Shown here piece by piece: positions 24,156 through 37,030 of a stretch of 64,000 bases of DNA. The number at the start of each line of letters is the position of its first letter. Positions within the stretch are counted from its first letter, which is position 1. Below the pieces are notes generated by a model. It was given only the letters and a program-made list of their open reading frames with translations, had not been told where the DNA came from and ran no database searches. Both the position numbers and the translations under genes were made by a program. The stretch comes from Felis catus (taxonomy: Eukaryota), in contig NC_058368.1 of assembly GCF_018350175.1 (NCBI RefSeq), forward strand, positions 159,714,001-159,778,000, in the 5' to 3' direction.

Positions 24156-26384
24156 TGGGAACAACATAGTCTGAATAATTCTGACCTCAAAGTCACTTCC
24201 CACATCAGGGGAATGTTTGCCCACACTGGTCACCAAATGAGACTAATTAACAGCATTGATTAGGCAAGAATGCCTAAGTCACACTGTAGAAGGGCTGTAG
24301 ACTCAATAGCTTCGTCCAACTTCAGTCTAGCTCATTTTCTTGCCTTAATTCACTTAAAAAAAAGTGCCTGGCAAAAATGTAAACTTTTCTATCCAAACCC
24401 AAGAAAGAGCTTCAAAGCACATGGAATTTAGCACCAAAGGAATTATGAAGCGATACTTGCTCAGATTTTTTATGTTTATTTACTCACCCTAAGAAAAATA
24501 TCTGCCTCCAGGATTCAGAGGAGGGCATGGCTGATCCTGCAAATTTCATTGTTGGGAATATCAGGGGAAAACAAATATACATTTTGGAATCCTAAATCAT
24601 GGCCTCCAGGAAACATAGGCCCTTTGCTTTCTATCCTGGAGATTCTGCTCTCAAGGTTTAAGAAAAATGTTGTGCAGGTCCCAACTGCCCAGAGTTCATC
24701 ATAAAGGGAGCATCTGTGTTTACAATAGGACTCTGGCTTTCAATTCTAATCTGCCCTTCAGTGCCTGATCTACACGAAGCATCCTGGGCTCACAGGCAGC
24801 ATTCTAGCTAGCCTGTTAGAAGGGTCATGAACTACAGCCATACCAGAAACCAAATGGAATCGGCAGTCACCTCAACTGTCATTTGTAAGGCTGAGATAAA
24901 CAATGAAACTATTGAATAATAGAAAAGTGTCTTTCTTCCTCTCACTGGTGAAACAAATCTTAAAATATGAAGATCAAGGACTGCTGGAGATAAGAGACAC
25001 CAAAGAACTGAAACCTCTTAACAGCAGGTGGTATCAGTGGGGTCTGTCTTTTGAAAAATGTGTCAGGTCCTTTTGGGACTATGTAAAACACTTCTGGTTC
25101 CTATGGTGACACTGATAATACTTTGTCAATCATTGTGATATCGAGATCTACATTAAGCAGTTTAAAAAGCACCTTGAAATGCTTGAAGGTTAAATTAGTT
25201 CCTCCTCTAAATTGCTTGGTGTCGATTGTAGTTGTGATCATTGGAGGAGATATACTCAGTTGGTGAGAAATACTGACCAATGTGTCTTACCTCTTATAAA
25301 GCTCTGGAAGAGACAAAGCCATAAACTGTGAGTCCCTTCACAACAGCCCCAGACACTAATCAAAGTAGTGTCTCCAGAGTGAAAGAGACTAAGTAATTCA
25401 TTAGTCTTCGGGCTGTGCCCAGACCCTCACTTAAGGAACCCCATTCACCGCAGTATTTCCCCTTCTAAATATTCTAAAGGCTAGCGGATCATTTGCCTGG
25501 CTCTTCCTTAATTCATTTGTTTCTTAGGAAAGGGTATTCTGTAACAAACTTTTGTGGAAATATTGCCACAATTTCAAGCAAAACTCCTGCCACTGCCCCA
25601 CATCAGAAACCTTTTTTGTGGGGTTCGATTAACCATTAACCACAAATCTTCCACAAACCTGGAAAAGATGCACTTTCTGTTCTTTCTCTTTTACTGCCTT
25701 TGCACTTCTTAATTCTATTAACAGTAAATAGAATTTTGCCAAGTTGTGAAGTAAAAAACTGAATTTCCAAGTAGACAGACATCCGGAGTTTTGTTAGGCT
25801 CATTCCTTCAAAATTCGAGATTGGCCACTATTTAGTTTATGTACCACACTCTGAACCTTTGCAGGCTTCTCTTTTCCAGCAGGGCTGGACTGACTGGAGG
25901 AGCCCTTTCTTCTGTTCTGTCCCATTTCTCTTTAATGTGACATCAGTGTTCCAATGGCTTTGACTGTAACACAGGTATTCACCACAGGCCTCAGTGTTTA
26001 CAGACTTGCTGTGTGACTTCAGTGTCACTTTTGAGAAGCTGTTTTCAATGAGATTGTGAATATCTGGCTATAAAACAGGTAATTATTCTTCAGAATAAGG
26101 AATAGGTTATTAGGTATTTAACACACTATCTGACCTACCCTGAAAAAAAATCATTTTAGTATACCATTAAAAATTTTCAGAAAAATAAAATAGTTCTACC
26201 ACCAATACACTTCCAAAATAAAAAGAAAAACTCGGTTTCATTTGCACTATTAAATCAGAATTGTACCAAATCTTTTATGAGTATACTGTTTGTGATTTTA
26301 GTTTATAAAAGATAATAAACACATTTGTTCATTTTCAGTACATGAAGTTGACACAATGTTTTGCCTATTTTCATGTCATAATAA

Positions 26385-26592
26385 TAGTAATAATAACTAA
26401 TATTAACTGAGCACTTAAGGCCTGCTGTGATTCTTTTACTCCTATGATCTTTGTATTTATCTCATTAAGTAGAATCCATTACTGTTCCAATTATACAAAT
26501 GAGGAAACTAAAGTCTTGTGAGGTGACCAAACAAGGATAACAGGAAAGCTGTTCTGACTGACTCTAGTTTCTGAGATCTTAATTGCCACACT
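26385..26592 (-). mobile_element. MIR
   Basis: 'aataataactaatattaactgagcactta...tacaaatgaggaaactaaag'. Confidence 0.65.
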
Positions 26593-26660
26593 GATAATGT
26601 GGCACAGCCACCCTTGTCCCTCATGTTCGTGTTTTCTCACATTTTGTACAAGTTTACAGG

Positions 26661-26867
26661 GATGTTAGTCTGCCTGGGGTACCATAACAAAATATCATAG
26701 ACTGAGTAGCTTAAACAACATAAATTTATTTCTCACAGTCTTGGAGGCTGTGAAATCCAAGATCAAAGTGCCAGCAAGGTAGGTTTTCTTCTGAAGCCTT
26801 TTCTCTTGGTCTATAGGTGGTTGCCATTTTGCTCTGTGCTCATATGACCTCTTCATTCTACATTTAC

Positions 26868-26908
<41 letters not shown>

Positions 26909-27108
26909 AAAAGAAAGAAAGAGAGCTCCAATGTCTCTTCTTATAAAGACACTGATTTTATCTAAACCTCTCAGATAAGAACCCCACCCTGATGACCTCA
27001 TTTAACTGTAATTACTTTCTTAGAGGTCCCATCTCCAAATACAGTCACAATGGAGGTTAAAGCTTCAACATATGACTTGGCAGGGGAGGACACATTCAGT
27101 CATTAATA
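26661..27108 (-). mobile_element. MLT1A-type solo LTR with an internal (GA)n
   Basis: 'ccataacaaaatatcatagactgagtagcttaaacaac...tttctcacagtcttggaggctg...tccaagatcaa...ccccaccctgatgacctcatttaac...cttcaacatatga'. Confidence 0.88.
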
Positions 27109-28204
27109 AAAGGTAACTTAGTGTATTTCCAAAAGAAAATTATTCCAAGTTCATTAAAATGCTAACAAATAGGAACCTCTCAACTCTAAAATTTCCCCTT
27201 TAAAAAACCTGCAATATCACACGCACTGTAGACTTCATACGGACAGAAGATTAAAGAAGTGAAATTCTTCATTGTTCACATCAGACTTAGCTAACTGGTT
27301 GAATGATAGGTGGTCCCTGAGAGGGGATTGTATCAAAGAACTAAAGCAAAAATTTAAGCAAAACAATGAAGCCCTGCCTGTGTCTTTGGGAAGACAACTT
27401 TGATCAGACTGGATAAATTCATCAGCCCCTAGTGGATACCTTCACTCTGCCTGGGCTATGTCCTACGTTCACTTAGTATGATAGAAAAAAAAAATGCATA
27501 ATCTAATCATATGCTGTAATCTAGGCACACGTATATTTATACACTTAGAGATTAGCATACAAATTCCAAATAACAGAGTAAAAAATCATCAGTAGTGGCA
27601 TTTTCTAGAAATGTAGTTTGTATTTCTTTTTTAATTATGCCTAATCATTGCATGATTTATGTGGAAAAACAAGTCTAAGAGTAAACATGTGCATTATGTA
27701 CAGTTTGTTGATTCATAAAAAGGAAGATATCTAGACACAAAGCTTTGCAGCCTCTGTAAAAAACATGTGCTCTGTTAGAATCTCAATTGTCTGACATGGT
27801 TCAGATCCTACTCAACTCATTATGTTCACGGTCGATATTTTTCACCAGCACAATGAAGCATACCACAGTATTTGAAACCATAGCCTGTAAACGTTACTGT
27901 TACACAGCCTTCTGTTCCCACAATGGTGAATCAAGATAAATGCTATGGATTTTCTTAAATGTATTCTTTCTACTTCATGCAGTAGCAGGCCAGTCAGGCA
28001 GATACACCTGTAAGCATCTATGCAACAAATCTAGAATGTCTATTAGCAGCCACAATATCTATTAGCAGGTGCCAAATTAAGAGTATTCCACAAGAAACAT
28101 TTTGTCCAGATGAATATAGTGGCAGCTTCCTGATCTCATAGAATTTCAGGGTGAGGGATAGCAAGTTGGCTGAAAGTGCAAATCATTTACCAAGCATGTG
28201 ATTA

Positions 28205-28248
28205 AATAGATAGATGAAAGGTAGGTGATAGATAGATAGATAGATAGA
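28205..28248. repeat. (GATA)n repeat, interrupted
   Basis: Directly visible. Confidence 0.85.
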
Positions 28249-29009
28249 CCTTCTTATTAATCTACCAGACTTCCAATTCAATGGCACTTGGAAACCTAGT
28301 GTTTCGTGTGTATGTGTCACAGGGAAAATTGGCTTGACTCTGAATTTATTTCCTTTTGGATACACACATTTTTTTTTCTTTCACCCTACTTCTGTACGTC
28401 ACTACAGTGTTACCTGTGAACCAGATCAAAGTCAAGAAATATCATATTTAGAGAAATATCATTCACACACTTCCACCCTGATAATTCTTTCCTAGTCAGA
28501 CTGACAAAGCACTTTTCTCTTTGGAATAAATATGTTGGAATCAAATGCATTGCCAGAAAAGGGTGTTGTGCTTTGTTCTGTTTTAATTCCATTGCACATG
28601 GCTTGACTCTTGTTTGTCTTCCTGTCGGCCTCCTACACTTACCTTGGCATTTCTCCTAATCAGTGAGCAGGACTGCATAGGAATGTCAGCCTGCAAGTCA
28701 GTTTAGGTAAACCTGGCCACCTGCCTTCCTGCTAGGACTTTCTCACCAACCATCAGCTCATATTATCCACTGCCAACCAGACAGAAATAACCACAGGATT
28801 CTAAACTTGCCCTTCCTTTGGATGGGTCACTCTCCCTCTCCCCACCCCTTTCTGTTGGCTCTTTGGGATTCCTCAGTCCTATAGTATCTTGCTCCTTTGG
28901 CAGAGGAATGTTTTCCATCACTAGACCATTGAAACTATGAATAATACTATTTTTCTATCTCCTAAAAACTACATTTCCTATAAAAATAAGATTCCCAAAC
29001 TCTACCCAG

Positions 29010-30350
29010 ATTCCACAGATTCTTACTATGCAGCATATTAATGGATATAAGACATAGTTCCTACTAATAGAGAAATTGTGCATAAGTAGTAACACTGTGA
29101 CACATGGCAAGTCGATTCTGAAAGGTAAAAAAGGTCCAAGTGTGATGGAGCACAGAACAAAAGGGGAGATTAATTATGAATAGGAGAATTACCACTATGG
29201 GGAGAAAAACAGCATGTGAGCTAGTTCTTTAAAAGGATGCCTGGAGAACTGAGGGGGAAGGAGTGGGGAGTAAATTAAGAAGCTTTCAATTTAGACAAAA
29301 GAGAATGGGCAAGGCAGGGAAGAGGGAATTTTCAAAATGCATTGTGAAATAATAAAGAATTACATTTTGCCTACACAAGCTAAAGCCTCCTATAGGCCAG
29401 ATGGATTGGGTCTTAAATGCTATGCTCAGAATTCTTACTTTACCCTGTAGGGCCAGTGATTCCTAAAAACCGGTCATGGGCCAGTGGTGGTTTAAGTCTA
29501 TGTTTTCACCAGACTGGGGAGAAATGAAGAAAATAAAGACAATGTGTAAGTTGTTTTTTTTTTTTTTTTAATGAAACAAAATACATTCTGTTCAAAGCTC
29601 TTTCCTTTATTGTTGGATTGTATCTTTCCTACATTTGGAATCAAATGCAATTGCCTTTATGAAATGATGATAAGACTAGATGGCAGGGGCGCCTGGGTGG
29701 CGCAGTCGGTTGGGCGTCCAACTGCAGCCAGGTCACGATCTCGCGGTCTGTGAGTTCGAGCCCCGCATCAGGCTCTGGGCTGATGGCTCGGAGCCTGGAG
29801 CCTGTTTCCGATTCTGTCTCCCTCTCTCTCTGCCCCTCCCCCGTTCATGTTCTGTCTCTCTCTGTCCCAAAAATAAATAAAAATGTTGAAAAAAAAATTA
29901 AAAAAAAAAAAAAAAGACTAGATGGCAGTTTGGTAGGAGGTTCTAATGGTCTTACTTGGCAAGATGAGAACTGACAACACTATTTTGGGATCCCTAATAT
30001 ATTTTTATTTTACTTGGTCCATGTGATCCAAGATTTTGGGGCTACTTCCAAAGGTAATGTGGCTCCTGGGAAGGGAGATAATGTCATCAGAATTGTTCTT
30101 TAAGAACAATAATTGTGGAAGTAGTAACATTAAAAGAGAAAAGAAAGGGAAAAGAGAAAAAGGAAGGACAGAAGGCAATAAATTCTACAGCTCATGGTAG
30201 GATATAAGGAAAGTAGTTAGAAATCTATGGCAAGAAGCAATGAGGACCTAATCCAGGACATTGACATAGAGAATTGAAAGAAAGCAACAGATACAAGGGA
30301 TAGACTCTACAAGACTGGCAATTGTTTAAAAGTACAAGCTAAGATTATAT
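29010..30350 (-). mobile_element. Fragmented L2, interrupted by a possible hAT fragment (about 29455-29680) and a SINE
   Basis: 'ggccagatggattgggtcttaaatgctatgctcagaatt' and 'gcaatgaggacctaatccagg' resemble L2. Confidence 0.5.
29686..29913 (+). mobile_element. Young feliform CAN-SINE (SINEC_Fc-type)
   Basis: CpG-rich head ggggcgcctgggtggcgcagtcggt, long A tail, perfect TSD aagactagatggca at 29672-29685 and 29914-29927. Confidence 0.97.
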
Positions 30351-30454
30351 TTTGGGTCAAGAGGCTGAGCCACTGGGATTCCAACAGAGAGGTGGAAAAG
30401 AGCCAGCAGAGACTTGGAAGAGACTGAAGGTGTGACATGCTGGGCTGAGAAATT

Positions 30455-30531
30455 GGTCAAGCCTAGAGAAGTACATCTGCCTAAAGTAGAAATACACCTG
30501 GGTCAAGCCTAGAGAAGTACATCTGCCTAAA
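30455..30531. repeat. 31-bp perfect direct repeat, 46-bp period
   Basis: ggtcaagcctagagaagtacatctgcctaaa at 30455-30485 and 30501-30531. Confidence 0.95.
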
Positions 30532-31064
30532 AGTAAGAGCTGAGAAAGAATAGTTAAATACAAGATGGTGGAAGAGAGAACTCTGAGTAGAGAACACCTC
30601 TACCACTTGATTTTCTTTCATTAGTTTAGGTCATCCGTTGAGAACAACCAAGGTTGAAATTTACCTTTTCTGGATGTACTCTGATCAGTGACCTTGGATA
30701 TTTGCTATCATCATTTTCTTACTGGTCAACCTCTAATACTATCATTTTGAAAAATCTCTTGTTTCCCCAGATCCTCTCTATTAGCACATTTCTCTGTTAT
30801 CACAAACTTCAGGTAAGTCAGCATCACATATTGGGTGTGCTAGGAAGTTAGGAAATAGCAGTTATTGGGCCTAAGGAATTTAACTCTTTCCATCAAACAT
30901 AAGGAGGGAGAAAGAATGAAATTCGAACTAGAATGACACTTCAACATTATAAGAAATTGTGTAACAATGGCAAAAGGAGGACACTTGAATTTTAAAGGTC
31001 TTTGGAGATATTTTTTTATCCTGGATATTAGGGTTGTGGTACACTTTATTTTCTGCATGGTAGC

Positions 31065-31265
31065 GATATTTAATATTTATTGAGCATTTACTATAATCAG
31101 GCACTTGACAAGCATATCCTCACTTAATCTTCAGAAAAAAAGTATCAGGTGGGTGATTTTAGTGCAGCTTTTTTTTTTCAAGTAGTAGGAGTAATACTGA
31201 GAGAAGAAGGGTTACTTGTCCAAAGTGACCTAGTAGAAAGTGACTGAGCTGGGATTAGAACTCAT
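31065..31265 (-). mobile_element. MIR
   Basis: 'atatttattgagcatttacta...acttgtccaaagtgacctag...gagctgggattagaactca'. Confidence 0.75.
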
Positions 31266-31267
31266 TT

Positions 31268-31700
31268 GTATTGGCTAGGCTTTATTCTTTGGCAAATGAC
31301 AGAAAACCCAGACACAAATAGTTTAAGGAAAAAGGGAATGTATGAGTTTCTATAACTAAAACGTCCAATAGCTGGACAGGGGCTAACTGCCCAGAAGGAA
31401 TGTAACGAGCAACTCACACCATGTCATCAGCCTTCAGTTTCCCTGTCTTCATCCTTATTCTGATGCCTCTGTGTTGGCTCCATCCTCAAACATGCTCTCC
31501 TGTTGTTTTGTCAGAATGCCTCCAACAGATCTGGCCTCATAGCCAGGCTTACCCAAGACCGGCAGGAAATCACTACTGTCTCTGGCCTAGCAGTCCTAGG
31601 AAAAGTCTCATGAAATCTTTTCATTGTGATTCAGTCAAAGCCTGCCCCTGAAGGAATCACGGGCATCTAAGCAAGGTTAAAGCCTTGGAGCCAAGGGTAC
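31268..31700 (-). mobile_element. Old MaLR (MLT1-type) LTR remnant
   Basis: 'gcaaatgacagaaaacccagacacaaatagtttaaggaaaaagggaat' resembles the end of old MLT1 LTRs. Confidence 0.45.
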
Positions 31701-33026
31701 AGTAATCCAGGATGCCATTAACAGAAGTAGGGTGCACAGCTGCTAGGTGGCATGATCTGCAAAGATCTCTGACCACTGAATTTTCTTGCTGAACAACCTG
31801 AGCTTTGACCACTATATTTTTCCACCTAAACAATGAAGATCCACAAAGAACGGAGATGAGACTTTGTATATTAAAAAGACAGTACTCGTGGAGCATCCTT
31901 CATGATAGGGGTAAAAGGCCTGCAGGAAGAACTAGATCTATTTCTGCTGTGATAACAACATAAGTGAACACACTCCTCCAAAGAGACTTCCTTTTAGGGG
32001 TCAGGAAGGAGGGGAATGGGAGTTGTACATTTGTTGCAGATTGCTCTTGAGTTGAATGAGAAAGCACAGGCCTCAATTTCTCCCTTCTAAGCCAAGTGTT
32101 TAGTCCAGAGCCCAACTCCAAATTCCTGTCCATCCAAAAGATTTTCTTCCATTTTTCCTCTAATACACTGGATTTAGTTTGAGGTAGTGAGGCATTAGTA
32201 CCCTTCACTCTATTTATCCTTTTAGAGCCTGTTGAAGATCCCACAAAAGACCCAATCTCATTTCTGTAACAAGTTCCTCCCTATGAGAAAAGGACAAAAG
32301 AGAGAAAGCTCTGATCCTATTTATGATTGTCTCTTTCTATTTCTCTAGGAATATTAATTAACTTGCTGGTTGCCTCTTTGTCTCAAAATCCTTTTTTTCC
32401 CCTTTAATTTTAACTGACTCTCTGACATATTATGGTAAGAAGAGAACAAAGGGTGTGGATGCCTGTTATTTCAAGGATATGTTGATGAAATGGTTTATAA
32501 TGCAATTAAATCCTAGCTCTCTGTGCTCAAAAGAGAGGAAACACTCTTCTGGGCCATCCTCTAGCAGTAAAAATTCAGCTGAAAGTCTATTACTTCCTTT
32601 TCTTTAAAACTCCAACTTCCCTGCCAATATTGCCAGACAACTGAAATAGTTCATCTCTGCCCTTTATGTTGTAGTGAATGTAGAAAAGAAGAGTCTGTAC
32701 TTCAATGGAGTAGGTTTTAAATGACAACTGAAAAGCCTATGTTCCTTTATAGTTTCAACACCTCATTTAACACTTTGCTTACCTTCAAAAATCCTGTAGG
32801 AATAGTGAATACATATACTTTTGCACTTAAAGAGCAAAAATGTACCTCTTAGAGTTTAAACATAAGACAAATGGTGAACCGAATCCAAAAAGAGAAGTGA
32901 GCTATGGTTTCTCTTTTTTCCAGAAGGCTGTCAGATACGGTTGCAACAGGTCAGGAAAACATTACTTTGTGGGGTCCTTTTATTCTTCTAATCTTTACTT
33001 TTTGCCTCCCAGTTGCTTGCTTTCTT

Positions 33027-33381
33027 CTTTTTTTTTTTTTAGTACTTTATTTTTAAGCAGTCTCCACACCCAATGTGAAGCTTGAACTCACAACCCCAAG
33101 ATCAAGAGTCCCCCACTTGGGGTGCCTGGGTGGCTCCATTGGTTAAATGTCAGACTCGTGGTTTTGGCTCAGGTCATGATCTCATGGTTTGTGAGTTCGA
33201 GCCCCATGTCAGGCTCTGTGCTGGCAGTGCACAGTCTGCTTAGGATTCTCTCTCTCCCTCTCCCTCTTTGCCCCTACCCTGCTCATGCACTTGCTTTCTC
33301 TCTCTCTGAAAATAAATAAATAAACTTAAAAAAAAAAAAAAAGAGTCCCATGCTGTATTGACTGAGCAGGCCAGGCACCCC
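33027..33381 (-). mobile_element. Short old tRNA-like CAN-SINE split by a second SINE
   Basis: 33027-33112 (T tail, ctccacacccaatgtg...ttgaactcacaacccc) continues at 33341-33381 (catgctgtattgactgagcaggccaggcacccc). Confidence 0.88.
33119..33340 (+). mobile_element. CAN-SINE nested antisense inside the older SINE
   Basis: Full head, CT tract and tail; flanking repeat aagagtccc at 33104-33112 and 33341-33349. Confidence 0.95.
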
Positions 33382-34188
33382 CCCCCCAATTGCTTTCTAA
33401 TATTGAAAAATTAAACTCAAGTTTCTCAAACGAAAAGAAAAAGGAATTAGAGAAAATAGGCATTCCTATTCTTCACTTTCATTGTTTTACTCTCAGATAA
33501 AAGTGTTCAATAGGAGCTTGAGGCCCCAACTGGCTTCATCCAGCTCCCATCCCAAACTTCACCCCCGCTGAATTGACCAGCACTTCTCCAGGCCACACAT
33601 TCTGGCTTTCCCCTGCTCTGTTGCGGTCTGTGACACTGATGCCTACACCACAACTTTTACACTTGTTGAATGAATAGGTAGAACTTTAGAACAAATGGGA
33701 TGTCCAGTTAGGAAAGGGCTAGATAAATCTCTAGGCAGAGTCAGCAGGCGTTAAGTGCTCCTGCAACACTGGGGCACCGGACACAGAGACAAAGAAAGCA
33801 AACATTTCTGCCTTGATGAATCTACTCACAATTCTAATTCTCACAATCAGAGTATCTCTGGAGGCTATTTTAATTTCGGCATGCATAGTTTTTCATGACA
33901 TCTGGACAAATAAACTCTTTTATATTAGATATGGAAGGATATAACTATCTTTTTGAAGCCCCTAAGTCAGGCTCTTCAATTAGTTCCCCAAAAGCCAGTT
34001 AGCAGCTATTGTCTTGACAGTATATAGAAAGCTGCAGTCTTGCATTAATCCCAGAGACAAGTTCTAGGGAGGGAGAGTATCTGGAACAAAGTCAAACTTG
34101 GGAGCACAGAGTTCTCTGAAAGCAGTTTTCTAACTTCCTGGGTCCAATTCCCAGGGACCCCATGTAGTAGCATCAAAAGGTCAGGATT

Positions 34189-34219
<31 letters not shown>

Positions 34220-34244
34220 TTGCTTCCAAAAGTAACACCTACGG

Positions 34245-34410
34245 CAGGGTTTCTCAAAATGGACTATGAGTCACTGGCCTCAGCATCACCCAGGGTACAT
34301 ATTTTTAGAAGCCTGACCCTCCAACTACTCCATCTGACTCTGAAGTTGGGGACTGAATGTCTGCAATTTTACAAAGAGCTACCACACCATACTAAAATTT
34401 AAAAACCACC
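34245..34410. mobile_element. MER5-like hAT-Charlie element
   Basis: Ends cagggtttctcaaa ... tttaaaaaccacc form TIR-like inverted termini; interior 'cagcatcaccc...tctgcaattttacaa'. Confidence 0.65.
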
Positions 34411-35809
34411 ATGTGGGAATGCACATTCATTCATATATATACATGCTTGGTGTAATAATTTAAGTATAAGGAAAATATTAAAGGCATGAATTCAAAGAAG
34501 TCTGTGATACAACTGTTTAATTCTGCCAGAGACATCTCTTATTTGGAGAAAACTCAAAGCAGAAATCATGACAATTAACCTCAGGAAGGTTATAAACCTA
34601 TCAACAATTTTCCTTCCACCCATCCAAATAACCCTACTTTTTAGTTTCTATTGGCATAAATAAATAAGTCTTACATGATGTTGGCATTGTTGTCTTAAGA
34701 GGCCACATTTAAAATATATTAGTCATGAATTGCATGGCATTTAAAAAATTGTTAATAGAAGAACATAGAAAACAGAATGATGATTATATTACAAGGAAAT
34801 AGAATAGAATTCTTGTATAGAGTGACTAACGTATAATAAAAGGTAATTATTTTTAGTAATTAACTATCAAGTCCAAGTCTGGAAGCAAAAATATAATTTT
34901 TGAATATCTGGCTCTCTTTGTACTGAAAATAAAATTAAAAAAAAAAAACATTCCCTCCCAACACAGAGACATTTTCTATTTTTCCTTCAGAATCCAACCA
35001 GCAAGAATATCAATATATTTCAAAGAGCTTTATTTCAGATGCAGTTCAAAGAGAAGGCAAAATTAACAGCAGAATCCTTTATGGGAGCTAACCTTATGCG
35101 AGAATCTAATAAAGGATGCCATGTATTCGTAAGGGAAAAATGTAACCTGAAACATTTTCAGTGACAATGCACAGAGAGCAAAAAGCTAATGGCATAAACA
35201 ATCTGTATTAGGTGGATTTCACTGTGGAAATACTGAGATGTTGAGGATAAATGATGTTTGACTATGATCACCCTCCCATCCTGTGGATTTCAGGTATCCA
35301 AAATCCCCTGCAGGTAGCATGCCTACTTCTGCCCCTCCGAATACGTCTTTCTCTCACCAATAATTGCAATAATTGATTTTCCTAATATCAAATTCACTTC
35401 TTCCAAGCAAATAGAAAGACCCCAGAGCGATGAACAAATCTTTGGGATTTTTTTTTAAACCAAATCTAACAAATGCATCATATTGATAAACTCACTCAGG
35501 TGAAAATATTGATGAGTTATCTGAAACTTGTCAAAATGTGACTTGTGAAGTTCTTTCTACTAGAAAATAATCGATGCATTTCACTTGGGTCATCTAGGCG
35601 TTTATGTACATGAGATTTACTTTATGTCAAAGAGTTTACCAGCACGATAGCACAGTGTGCTTTAGTTATGGGAACAGCAACCCTGATCAAAGAGTTCTTT
35701 GGCTCCTTTCATTCATTTACCACTTAATCCTGTTGTTTAATTGTGGTGTATGTGGCAAACACTGCCTGGTGAACTGGAAGGACCCTGACTTCCCAACCTC
35801 TACTGGAGT

Positions 35810-36360
35810 AGACGAATGAAGAAAAAACAAATAGGAAACAGAAAAAAATAAAGAAAATAATTTCAAATTATAAAGTATTATGGAATAAAAACACAAAAGC
35901 TACAATAGAAATGAAGCTGTGAGAGGCAGGAAGGTCCTGCTTTGCAAAATACAATTTGGAAAGGCTTCCCAGAACACATGATATTTAAAATAAATATGTA
36001 ATATTTTATTTAAAATAAATATGTAAATATTTAAAATATTTTATTTAAAATAAATATGTAAATATTTTATTTAAAATAAATGTAAAGATGATAAGAAGAC
36101 AGCCATGTGCAGAAAAGGGGGCAGAGGTTTCAGACTGGAGACAGTGTGTGCAAAGAGCCTGCAGCAGGAAAGAGCTTGGCATCTTTAGAGAAGTATACAG
36201 TGCCTAATGTTTCCAAAGTATAGTGAGGAAGAGACAGACATGAGAGGAGCTAGATCGAAGAAATAGTTGGGGGCCTGATTCAGAGCCTGGAAAGCCATGG
36301 TAAGGAAGTTGGAACATATTCAAATGTCGTAGGGAATTATAGGACAGTTTTTTTAACAGA
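35810..36360 (-). mobile_element. L2 fragment containing an AT-rich tandem repeat (35980-36085)
   Basis: 'acagtgtgtgcaaagagcctgcagcaggaaagagcttggcat...gccatggtaaggaagttgga'. Confidence 0.7.
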
Positions 36361-36421
36361 AGCTATTTGTCCATTTTTAAATGTTGGGATAGAGTATGAA
36401 CTTCAGAAACTCTTGTACTCC

Positions 36422-36609
36422 AGGCCACGTGAGTGGCTCAGTTAGTTAAGCGTCTGACTTGCGCTCAGGTCAAGATCTCATGGTTTGTGAGTTTGAGCCT
36501 TACATCAGGCTCTCTACCGTCAGTACAAGGCCCGCTTCAGATCTTCTGTACCCACCTGTTCCCTGTTTGCACACTCTCTCTCTCAAGTAAATAAATGTTA
36601 AAAAAAAAA
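36422..36609 (+). mobile_element. CAN-SINE (diverged)
   Basis: gtggctcagttagttaagcgtctgact head, taaataaatgttaaaa tail; flanks share aaactctt. Confidence 0.9.
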
Positions 36610-36719
36610 CTCTTAATCTCTTCCTTCAAAAAACAAGGAGGACAAAGCCTATCCTCACTGCCACATTCTCGCTCTCTTATTTATAACCCCTGTTCCCTTA
36701 GAGTGAACCTGGTCCTATC

Positions 36720-37030
36720 TGTCTGGAGGCCCTATATATTCATATGCTTGAAGAAACATTCACTACACCCAATACCATTCCCTCACAGCCCATCTAGAAA
36801 AGTTATTTTCTCTGCTTATTTCTTCTGGGTAATAGCCACCTCTATATTTCCCCTTTATTTCTGTCATTTTTCAAAACATGATCACAATGTAATGATTGCT
36901 TGGCTTTCACTTATTTACTCTTTGTGTCCACTATGAGACTATAAACTCCATGAGGGCAGGAATCCTGGCTAATTTGGGGCCAAATTATATCCTCATTCCC
37001 CTGCAAAGTGCCTGGCAGTGTGGAGTAAAT
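36720..37030 (+). mobile_element. L2 3' end
   Basis: 'gactataaactccatgagggcagga...aaagtgcctggca'. Confidence 0.65.

Noticed and set aside
30455..30531. CRISPR-like repeat-spacer-repeat
   Set aside because: Only two copies, a 15-nt repeat-derived spacer, eukaryotic context and no cas genes.
33027..33381. tRNA gene
   Set aside because: The A/B-box similarity comes from tRNA-derived SINE heads with A tails; no intact cloverleaf is seen.
34190..34218. Orphan poly(T) run as another solo retro-insertion
   Set aside because: No convincing target-site duplication in the flanks.
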